Origin: a virus
Lineage: Duplodnaviria > Caudoviricetes
Length of the DNA stretch: 53,334 nt
Direction: 5' to 3' (one strand)
Virus record (IMG/VR): IMGVR_UViG_3300010399_000010
Span: 1 to 53,334 of that record
Part shown: positions 46,401-53,334 of the stretch, piece by piece
Position numbering within the stretch: the first letter of the stretch is position 1
Layout of the letters: every line of letters begins with the position of its first letter
Position numbers and translations under genes: made by a program
Notes under the pieces: model-generated
Database searches by the model: none
What the model saw: the letters and a program-made list of their open reading frames with translations, nothing else
What the model was told of the DNA's origin: nothing

Positions 46401-46847
46401 ATGACCGATCGACCCATCCCCTCCCGTAAGAACATGAGCGCCCCCGGTGCCGCCGTTCGTCCCGGCACGCGCGCGAGCGGCCCTGTCACGGCAGACGATG
46501 CGCCGGCCGACAGTGACCCGATGCAGTTTGACCAGCCGCCGGACGAGCCGCCCAGTCCACCCCGCCCGGCCCCAACCTTCACCATCCATGCACTCCTTGA
46601 CGATTTCCCGCTCGACGTGTCCTTCAGCGGCACCGCCGAGCAGCTCGCCGCCACGATCAGGCGACTCCGAGAGATCGGCGCGGTGCCACCCACACCAGCG
46701 GCGCGCCAGGCAGTTGAGGAAGAGAAACAGCGCACGGCCCCGATCTGCGAGTTCCACGGGCCGATGAAGGAAAGCACGAAGGCACCGGGGACCTGGTTCT
46801 GCACGAAGAAAATGGGCGATGGCAGCTACTGCAAGAGCAAGGCGTAA
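46401..46847 (+). CDS. Protein with C-terminal C-H-C-C zinc finger
   Basis: PICEFHGPM...WFCTKK...YCK. Confidence 0.68.
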   Translation: MTDRPIPSRKNMSAPGAAVRPGTRASGPVTADDAPADSDPMQFDQPPDEPPSPPRPAPTFTIHALLDDFPLDVSFSGTAEQLAATIRRLREIGAVPPTPAARQAVEEEKQRTAPICEFHGPMKESTKAPGTWFCTKKMGDGSYCKSKA

Positions 46848-46851
46848 CGCT

Positions 46852-47178
46852 ATGACCGATTGCGCATCTATCCGCGCCTCCGTCGCCGCCCTGCTCACCC
46901 GGCCCGGCGCGACCATCAGCGCCAGTGTGGCCTCGCATATCGCGGGCTGCGCGGTGTGTCGCGGCGCGCTCGCCCTCCTGGCGGCAGAACTGGTGCCGAT
47001 GCCGCCGGTCGTGCCGATTCTGTGTGATGACGCGGATCTGGCCGGCTTCCTGGACCTGGAGGGGGAAGCCGGCACGCTCGCGGCTGTCCAGGAGCAGCCA
47101 GGGACGTGGTGGCATCTGTGGTTGTGTGACGACTGCGCGACGGCCTACGCGCGGTTTCAGACATTGAGGGAGGCGTGA
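46852..47178 (+). CDS. Tandem zinc-binding anti-sigma (ZAS)-like protein
   Basis: Two HxxxCxxC motifs (HIAGCAVC, HLWLCDDC), each with an upstream Cys. Confidence 0.68.
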   Translation: MTDCASIRASVAALLTRPGATISASVASHIAGCAVCRGALALLAAELVPMPPVVPILCDDADLAGFLDLEGEAGTLAAVQEQPGTWWHLWLCDDCATAYARFQTLREA

Positions 47179-47180
47179 GC

Positions 47181-47564
47181 ATGGAACTTGGAACGATCGC
47201 CGATGCGCTCGGTATCGCCGGCGCACTCTTCGCCTTGCTCGCCTGGATTCAGGCGCGCGGGACCCGGCGGGACGCAGCGAAGGAGCGGGCACGCCAGCAG
47301 GAACGGATCGACCTGGCGCTACTCCTGACGAGCGCGCAAGAGCAGCGGCTACTCCCCCTGGCGCTTTCTCGGCAAGAGCTGACCCGCGCGGAAGTGCTGG
47401 GCCGGCTCGGCATGTTGCCGATGAAGGAGCTTGGGCGGCGCTTCAGTCTCTCGTATCTCGCCCGCCCAGCCTTCCTAGAGCAACTCCGCGCGGCGCAAGC
47501 GGGCGACGGCCCCGCCACGATCGTGATTCCGTGTTCGCGGCAAGAGTTCGATCAGTTCATGTGA
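47181..47564 (+). CDS. Csx23-like membrane protein (N-terminal TM + small cytoplasmic domain)
   Basis: TM helix followed by RQELTRAEVLGRLGM...RFSLSYL...EFDQF; family resemblance is from recall only. Confidence 0.55.
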   Translation: MELGTIADALGIAGALFALLAWIQARGTRRDAAKERARQQERIDLALLLTSAQEQRLLPLALSRQELTRAEVLGRLGMLPMKELGRRFSLSYLARPAFLEQLRAAQAGDGPATIVIPCSRQEFDQFM

Positions 47565-47666
47565 GGCGACGAAGCAGCCGCGCGGGCGGCGGGGGCGCGG
47601 TTTCAGTGGGCGGGGGAGTGGTTGAAAGGTGGGCTGTCCTGACCTGTCGGGAGTGGGAAGTGGGGG

Positions 47667-47702
47667 TTGCAATCTGTGATTGAACAGTGTATAATTCAAT
47701 CA
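47667..47702 (+). promoter_or_regulatory. Promoter with inverted-repeat operator
   Basis: TTGCAA-17-TATAAT; TGATTGAA-N10-TTCAATCA. Confidence 0.8.
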
Positions 47703-47732
47703 GTTAGGAAAGCAAGTGCGAAAGGCAAGAAA

Positions 47733-48005
47733 ATGGCAATCGAAGTAAAGATCCCCACCAGTGGATGGGTTCAGGAGCCGATCCCTGGCGCGCGTGACAT
47801 CCTCCGTGATCTCGGCTGCCCGCGCGCAGTTACAGAGATTGAAATCACGCCGAAAAACGGCCAGCGACGCTGGCTCTCCGTCTCGCTGGTCCAGGTCGGT
47901 AAGGAGGTCGAGATCGAAGACGCGGTGGTGTACGCCTATGCGCCCGAAGGCGGCAAGATCGAACTTGGCGGCGCGATCCACTGGGACATCCGGTTGGTGC
48001 GCTAG
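47733..48005 (+). CDS. Hypothetical protein
   Basis: First ORF after the promoter. Confidence 0.6.
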   Translation: MAIEVKIPTSGWVQEPIPGARDILRDLGCPRAVTEIEITPKNGQRRWLSVSLVQVGKEVEIEDAVVYAYAPEGGKIELGGAIHWDIRLVR

Positions 48006-48051
48006 TGCCTGAGAGGCGACGGTTGAGTGAGTAGTAAAAAGGAGTCCAGCT

Positions 48052-48285
48052 ATGCCAGTCACTTTCAACGGGGTCACAAACGAGACAGTGGATCATATCC
48101 GAGGTCGGAACGGCGAGATCGTCATTCCCGCTGGGACGCGGGTAGAGGTAGACGACACCGCGCTGCCCTGTTGGGCGCGCTATCAGGGCAAGGTCTATCG
48201 GGTTTCACTCTCTGATATGAGCAGCCACGAGGTCATGATCGATGGGGTCTATATCCCCGGTTGTGGCCCGCAGGACGAGGAATGA
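48052..48285 (+). CDS. Hypothetical protein
   Basis: AAGGAG RBS. Confidence 0.6.
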   Translation: MPVTFNGVTNETVDHIRGRNGEIVIPAGTRVEVDDTALPCWARYQGKVYRVSLSDMSSHEVMIDGVYIPGCGPQDEE

Positions 48286-48629
48286 CAGGTAACAGGCGGG
48301 GCGGCTCAACGCCAGGTAGCCGCCCCAACAACGGCGGAAAACGCGAGCCAGGGCCAGGCAAGAAGCTCGGCCCGCCGCGCCAGCGCTTCCGCCTGGCAAC
48401 CCCGGAAGAAGCGGAAGCCTTCGCCCAGCTCGCCGCCGATCTCGGTTTCCCAGACGGCCAGGCGCTCCTTGACGCCCTCACCCGCCGCTACGACGCCCAG
48501 CCCGGCCTGGTCAGGCTCGGCCTCAGAGACGCACTGCTGCCGGCGGACGAGCGCAGAGTCGCGGCGGCGATCGTTGACGAGATGCTGGCGGAGCGGGGCG
48601 CGGGGCCGCCGGGGGAGTTTGTGTTGTAG
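48282..48629 (+). CDS. Small regulator-like protein with GG..PGSRPNNGG N-terminus
   Basis: ATGA coupling; N-terminus paralogous to 23708-23980. Confidence 0.65.
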   Translation: MTGNRRGGSTPGSRPNNGGKREPGPGKKLGPPRQRFRLATPEEAEAFAQLAADLGFPDGQALLDALTRRYDAQPGLVRLGLRDALLPADERRVAAAIVDEMLAERGAGPPGEFVL

Positions 48630-48658
48630 TGCCGCCTGAGTGCGGCAAGGAGCATGAG

Positions 48659-48946
48659 ATGAACGAGATGTTGCAGCAGGCGAAGAGCGCGCTACAGCCC
48701 GTAGCGCACTTGTTTACGCCAGACCAGGCCGAGATTTACGAGAAGGTACTAGTCGTGACTGGTCGCGATCGGCGGTGCTACGATGCCTGGCGGCTCCGCC
48801 TCAACGGAAACGAGGCCGCCGGCATGGCGTTGTTTTATGCCATGCGCATGTTCTCACCCGCCGCGATCGGCGGGATATATCAGGGCTCGACGGACGAGGC
48901 GCGCGATCTGCTGGCGAGCGCGCGAGAGTGGGCGCAACGCGGATGA
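48659..48946 (+). CDS. Hypothetical protein
   Basis: AAGGAG RBS. Confidence 0.6.
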   Translation: MNEMLQQAKSALQPVAHLFTPDQAEIYEKVLVVTGRDRRCYDAWRLRLNGNEAAGMALFYAMRMFSPAAIGGIYQGSTDEARDLLASAREWAQRG

Positions 48947-48982
48947 TGACGAGTGCCGCGCGATGCGGCGAGGGGAATTGGG

Positions 48983-49309
48983 ATGAACATCAATATCTAT
49001 CAGGAGTGTCGGACAGCGGCGGAGAAACTGGAAGCGCTGGAGACGGCTCTGGGAGAGCTTCGGCGGGCTTGGGACGTGGCCCAGTCCTCGCTTGATCGCT
49101 ACGCCGTGTCGGACATGGCGGGCCGTGTCGTGCGGTGGGCGCAGCGAACGCGGGTCCCCACCGATCCGAGCGTTGATGTGACCCAGGCCGTTGCTGCTAT
49201 CCAGGCGGCGACGCGATGGCATCAGGACTGGGTTTGGGCGACGGCCTCGCCTGCTGGAAAGCAGGCGATCAATCAAACGGCTGATGAGTGGCGGTTGTCG
49301 CGCCGGTGA
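48983..49309 (+). CDS. Hypothetical protein
   Basis: GAGGGG RBS. Confidence 0.6.
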   Translation: MNINIYQECRTAAEKLEALETALGELRRAWDVAQSSLDRYAVSDMAGRVVRWAQRTRVPTDPSVDVTQAVAAIQAATRWHQDWVWATASPAGKQAINQTADEWRLSRR

Positions 49310-49334
49310 GTCCAGCTACGGGGGAGTTTGTGCT

Positions 49335-49662
49335 GTGAGCGCACCTGTCGGTATCCTCCGCTGGGACGCGCGGAGTCGCCAACTGACCATCTCCGAGCTT
49401 ACTGGCGGGGCTCGGCTACCCCCACCAACTCGTGATCGAGCGCGTGGGGGATGGCGGCCTGATCCTCTATCAGGTGGGCGATCCGCGCATCTCGCCAGGC
49501 GCAAAGATCCGCAAGGTCAACTATCCGCAGCGGGCCAAGCCGCGCCTGTCGATCGGGGAAGAGGCGGCAGTCGCGCTGGGACTGATGGGCGGGCGCTACC
49601 AGGCGCGCGTTGAGCGCGGCGCGATCGTCGCGGTGGTGTGGCGGGAAAATGAGCCGTCCTGA
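49335..49662 (+). pseudogene. Probable frameshifted gene
   Basis: GGGGAG RBS and GTG at 49335; the protein-like reading switches to the +1 frame near 49390. Confidence 0.45.
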
Positions 49663-49697
49663 CCTGTTATGGACGGGCGAGCGGGCCAGTTTTGGTA

Positions 49698-49726
49698 TTG
49701 ACAAAACCTAACATTGCCTGTATAAT
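49698..49726 (+). promoter_or_regulatory. Perfect sigma70 consensus promoter
   Basis: TTGACA-17-TATAAT. Confidence 0.88.
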
Positions 49727-49768
49727 GCTCAGTATAGGAATTGATAAAAGCAAACAAGGAGCAAGGCA

Positions 49769-50467
49769 ATGAAACCAGCAGTTGAGATGAGCATTGAGGA
49801 ATGGATCGCCTTTGCTGCCGAGCGGTACGGCGTTTCGGCAGAACTGGTGCGCCAGTTTGAGGTGCATGAGAACGTCCCGCAACTGGTCAAGGATCTGCGG
49901 GCGCAGGGCGTGGCCTATGACCACAATTTCGAGAGCATTGCCTGGAATCGCTGGGGCAATCGCCAACGCGCGGTAAAGCACGCGGCGCGCAATGCCCAGC
50001 AGCAACAGGCCCAGCAGATCAGTGATGCGGAACTGACACCGTACCTGCGCGAGAACGGCTACTACAGTGAGGCGGCAATCATGCAGGCTGCCGGTCTGGA
50101 CAGTAATACCTCGCTCTTCTTCGCCATCTTTGGCGACGGCGACCACGCCGACAACCCCGACGCACCTCCAGCGCCCTACCGCGTGCTGCTGGATGCGGCC
50201 CGCCAGCGAAACGCTGCCCGCGACGCGGCGAAAGAGCAGGAGGCAGAGGAGGAGGCCCGCGCGTTGGTGCAACAGGCGGAACCGTGGAGTCGCGCGGTGT
50301 GGGACCGCCTGGTCGAACTCCGCTTCGCGACGCGCCACACCGAGGATGGCGGTGAGCGCGGATACCGATCCGCATCCTACGCCCTGACCGAACGGGGTGA
50401 GCAACTCCTTGATCCAAACTATCGCGCCCCTGGCTTGTATAGCGATCAGGCGGGTATCGATGGCTAA
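49769..50467 (+). CDS. Hypothetical protein with C-terminal wing-like motif
   Basis: AAGGAG RBS; WDRLVELRFA...YALTERGEQLL. Confidence 0.68.
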   Translation: MKPAVEMSIEEWIAFAAERYGVSAELVRQFEVHENVPQLVKDLRAQGVAYDHNFESIAWNRWGNRQRAVKHAARNAQQQQAQQISDAELTPYLRENGYYSEAAIMQAAGLDSNTSLFFAIFGDGDHADNPDAPPAPYRVLLDAARQRNAARDAAKEQEAEEEARALVQQAEPWSRAVWDRLVELRFATRHTEDGGERGYRSASYALTERGEQLLDPNYRAPGLYSDQAGIDG

Positions 50468-50699
50468 AGAGAAATCGAAGCGAGGCGGCCTCCGCATCAA
50501 GAACCCTGGAGGCCGCCCGCCCAAGTCGCTGACGGATCGCAAGGCGTGGAAGGACAAGATCGCGATCCGCATCTCGATCAAGGCGGCGGCGCAACTCCAG
50601 CAATTGATGCTGCGGCAAATCGATGGGGTACACTCTCCAGATGAAATGATTGAGCATCTGATCGGAGAGGAAATCAAACGTGGCCCTCAAAAAGACTGA
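50460..50699 (+). CDS. Basic-arm + RHH-like regulator
   Basis: RGGLRIKNPGGRPPK...IAIRISIKAAAQLQQL. Confidence 0.6.
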   Translation: MAKEKSKRGGLRIKNPGGRPPKSLTDRKAWKDKIAIRISIKAAAQLQQLMLRQIDGVHSPDEMIEHLIGEEIKRGPQKD

Positions 50700-50940
50700 C
50701 CCCTGGTACGTTCCGCTCCCTGACAGCCGCTCCGACCTGGAGGCGAATCGCCGCTATGCCCGCGCGGTGCGACTCTCTGAGATGCGCGAGTACATCGCTC
50801 GCGTGGAGCGGATGGATGGTCGGACACAGGCACACTATGCCGATGGGGTCGCTTACCGGCGGGGGTGTCTGGAGCGGTGGCAAGACTACCTGGATGGAAA
50901 GATCGAGAGTCCGACCGGACGACGGATGAAGGCTGAATGA
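50680..50940 (+). CDS. Hypothetical protein
   Basis: GAGG RBS; overlapping neighbours. Confidence 0.55.
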   Translation: MALKKTDPWYVPLPDSRSDLEANRRYARAVRLSEMREYIARVERMDGRTQAHYADGVAYRRGCLERWQDYLDGKIESPTGRRMKAE

Positions 50941-51254
50941 ACCTCCTGATTGACTCGCCCGCCCTCTCCGCCCTACGCCTCAACCGCCTGGCGCGCGGCC
51001 GGGTCTACTACCTCGCTGAACCGCCGATCCTCGGTATCCTGGTCGTGCGCTGGGAGGCGCGGCTCCAAGACATCGCCGGCCTGGTCGTGGATGCCAGCCT
51101 GGGCTACGAGCCCGGTGTCGAGGGCTGGTGCGCGACGGGGTACGCGGGACACAATCACGGGAAAGCCACGCTCTACCGGGTGGTCGATGGGGCAGCCGAG
51201 ACGACCTTGAGCGCGGTGCTGGCGGTGTGGCGTGGGCGCTACCCGATGCGGTAG
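50937..51254 (+). CDS. Hypothetical protein
   Basis: ATGA coupling. Confidence 0.55.
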   Translation: MNLLIDSPALSALRLNRLARGRVYYLAEPPILGILVVRWEARLQDIAGLVVDASLGYEPGVEGWCATGYAGHNHGKATLYRVVDGAAETTLSAVLAVWRGRYPMR

Positions 51255-51440
51255 CTTTGAAAGGAGACATGGGATGAGCGTTCAGTGGGGGCAGCAGCGG
51301 ACTATCACGCCCGCGCCCACATCGCGCGGCTGCACGAGAAATACAGAATCGGGCGGCAGTTTGGGGGGTCCTGGCTACTCAGACAGGGGGACATCGAGCG
51401 GTACCCCCCAGATCAGAAGTATCGTCAAAAGGAGATGGCT

Positions 51441-51737
51441 ATGGATAGATCAGCGCTACATCAGCAACTTTTGCAGGTGACGACAGAGGTTATCCCGATG
51501 CGTCTGGCGATCAAGCTCGCCCCGGTAGAACTGGTAGCGCACGTGATCCGCGTGCGCTGGCCGATGACCATGGACGAGGCCCGCGCGCAGAACCGCCAGG
51601 GCTGGACGCTCGCGCACTATGCTGAGGAGAACGGCAAGGTCTTCTCCTCCAGCGATGCCGTCTACAGCGAGAGTTCGTTGCGCCAGGCATACGATCTGGC
51701 GCAACAGTGGGTAGGTTCCCTCAACCCTCATCCCTAA
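51441..51737 (+). CDS. Hypothetical protein (in-frame HTH-like remnant upstream)
   Basis: AAGGAG RBS at 51429. Confidence 0.55.
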   Translation: MDRSALHQQLLQVTTEVIPMRLAIKLAPVELVAHVIRVRWPMTMDEARAQNRQGWTLAHYAEENGKVFSSSDAVYSESSLRQAYDLAQQWVGSLNPHP

Positions 51738-51738
51738 C

Positions 51739-51795
51739 CCCCAGGCCCCGCCAGCGCGAACGTGTGCGGCTCTTCGCCGGCGGGGCCTGGGTTTC
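51739..51795 (+). terminator. Long GC hairpin ending the accessory operon
   Basis: CCCAGGCCCCGCC...GGCGGGGCCTGGG followed by TTT. Confidence 0.6.
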
Positions 51796-51834
51796 TGCTA
51801 TGATACCATAGGCTCCTACGATAGTCCTGCGTGG

Positions 51835-51863
51835 TTGACATAGCGAACATCTATCGCTATACT
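51835..51863 (+). promoter_or_regulatory. Late-arm promoter with spacer palindrome
   Basis: TTGACA-17-TATACT; ATAGCGA-N7-TCGCTAT. Confidence 0.8.
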
Positions 51864-51921
51864 GAGAACGTGCGGCCCGGCGGGTTGAAAGACCCGACAG
51901 CGACCTATGGAGCCGGGCGCC

Positions 51922-52608
51922 ATGACCCTCACGATCGACACCACGAGTCACCGCAGCCCCAACCACAGCGATCGATTAGGCGCCGATATCGATATGCTGA
52001 TCCTCCACACGGGAGAGGGCACGAAGGCGTCGGACCTCGCAACCCTCCTCAATAATCGCGTTCCGATCGAGGATCGTGTTTCCTCACACTACTATGTCGA
52101 TCGTGCGGGCAACGTCTACGAACTAGTCGATCCTCGGTTTGCCGCCTGGCACGCGGGGGCATCCTCCTGGTTGGGCCGGGGGAGCGCGAGTATCCGCGAT
52201 CACAGCATTGGGATCGAAACTGAGCATAAGCGCGGTCAGACGTGGCCCGCCGTGCAGCGTGAGGCGCTGCGGCAACTCTGCCTGCTGCTGATCGAACGCT
52301 ACGACATCCCGCAACGGATGGTGGCCGCGCACCGCTGGATTGCACCTGGCCGCAAGCCTGATCCGACCGATTGGTTGGATGAGGAGTTGCACGCCTGGAT
52401 CGCGGCACTCTACTCCGGCCGCAACCGGCTTGGGCCGCGCAAGGTGCTGGGCTTGCCGATTTATCAGCGCCAGAGTGGGAATGGACCGATCGCGGGCTAC
52501 CTTGGCCCGAACGATCCCATTGAGATCGATATGATCTATCCGGCGGATGGGACCGCGCACTTGAGGGATTCGCGCGGCTTCGTGCATCTGGATGGTTTGG
52601 AGGGGTAA
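51922..52608 (+). CDS. Endolysin, N-acetylmuramoyl-L-alanine amidase (Amidase_2) with SH3-like tail
   Basis: ILHTG, SSHYYV, AWHAG, SIGIE, H..IAPGRKPDP motifs. Confidence 0.93.
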   Translation: MTLTIDTTSHRSPNHSDRLGADIDMLILHTGEGTKASDLATLLNNRVPIEDRVSSHYYVDRAGNVYELVDPRFAAWHAGASSWLGRGSASIRDHSIGIETEHKRGQTWPAVQREALRQLCLLLIERYDIPQRMVAAHRWIAPGRKPDPTDWLDEELHAWIAALYSGRNRLGPRKVLGLPIYQRQSGNGPIAGYLGPNDPIEIDMIYPADGTAHLRDSRGFVHLDGLEG

Positions 52609-52610
52609 TC

Positions 52611-52871
52611 ATGGAAGGACTTACGGAAGGTCGCATCGTCCATTATGTGCTGCCCGATGGTCCACACGCCGGCGAACACCGGCCGGCGATGGTAGTCAAG
52701 GTGTGGCGGCAAGGGGACGGCTCGCCGCCCGCGAACGGGTATGCCAACCTTCAGGTGTTCGTGGACGGGACAAACGACTACCCCAAGTACAATGGTTCGG
52801 TGTGGGTCACATCGGTCGAATACTCCGAGGTGCCAGTGGCGCGCACCTGGCACTGGATCGAAAAGGCATAG
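52611..52871 (+). CDS. Conserved small phage protein (GRIVHY...TWHW type)
   Basis: Recognisable motif; GGAGG RBS. Confidence 0.72.
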   Translation: MEGLTEGRIVHYVLPDGPHAGEHRPAMVVKVWRQGDGSPPANGYANLQVFVDGTNDYPKYNGSVWVTSVEYSEVPVARTWHWIEKA

Positions 52872-52941
52872 CGGGGAGCCGAGCCGCGACGGGCCGCGCC
52901 AACGACCCGCCGCGTACACACCGCGTGGAGGCGCGGCATGC

Positions 52942-53268
52942 ATGGACATTCTACCGGATGATCAGGGTAGCACATCTGCGCTAGGTGTTGACGCGATTAC
53001 CGCACTCACGACCGAGATCGGGGCGCGGATCGCGGGGCTTTTGCACCTCGTCATTCGGCGGGCCGCATCAAGCGCGGCGGATGATGCGATTACGGAACTC
53101 ACGACCGAGATCGCGCAGCTCATCGCGGATCTGCTGGCGCTCATCATTGGCCGTGCAGCCTCACAGTCCGCATCCGCCGTGGTCTTTGTTGCTGACGACC
53201 TGACCGAAGTCAAGGAGCGGCTCGACGCGCTGGAAGAACGGGCGCGCACCGTCGGCGGCCCGTCGTGA
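52942..53268 (+). CDS. Helical protein with an internal 31-aa duplication
   Basis: DAITALTTEI.../DAITELTTEI... 93 bp apart; coiled-coil end. Confidence 0.65.
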   Translation: MDILPDDQGSTSALGVDAITALTTEIGARIAGLLHLVIRRAASSAADDAITELTTEIAQLIADLLALIIGRAASQSASAVVFVADDLTEVKERLDALEERARTVGGPS

Positions 53269-53334
53269 GCAACGGCACCAACGCCTACGTTGACGATCTG
53301 CGCGGCGCCCTCACGCGACGGATCGCGCGGCTGG
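53212..53334. repeat. Terminal direct repeat (copy 2)
   Basis: Identical to 1-123. Confidence 0.95.

Noticed and set aside
51255-51434. Intact HTH gene
   Set aside because: HTH-like residues (GRQFGGSWLL) are present, but the 5' part lacks a well-placed start; probably a remnant.
51845-51856. LexA box GAAC-N4-GTTC
   Set aside because: The right half is ATCG, a poor match.

Overview
The window looks like one complete, circular temperate siphovirus genome of about 53.2 kb: bases 1-123 repeat exactly at 53212-53334. It is GC-rich, and secreted proteins with Chloroflexi-style 'xLPxI/L' motifs suggest a filamentous Chloroflexia host (inference). The rightward late arm (51.9 kb through the origin to 22.8 kb) carries an amidase, membrane/holin genes, TerS/TerL, a small RNA island with a D-arm-reduced initiator-type tRNA(CAT), a portal, an S49 protease/scaffold, decoration and capsid genes, and a non-contractile tail. 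The leftward early arm (42.4 to 23.7 kb) carries RHH, Xis, a tyrosine integrase, a well-formed attP, Rep/DnaC/DnaA-C genes, four DNA-modification enzymes plus HNH, a DUF3102-like protein, a Prim-Pol, a J-domain protein and a three-gene membrane operon. A rightward accessory region (44.6-51.7 kb) consists of small promoter-driven cassettes. The strongest candidates for undescribed biology are: (1) a membrane-anchored DNA-binding operon followed by a phased 11-bp repeat array, reminiscent of Streptomyces spd/clt spreading loci; (2) an orphan Csx23-like membrane protein next to a double zinc-anti-sigma protein; (3) a 17-bp palindrome found twice inside the DUF3102-like gene and twice at distant intergenic sites; (4) the minimal tRNA/ncRNA island. 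All family calls come from motif recognition by eye; no searches were run.
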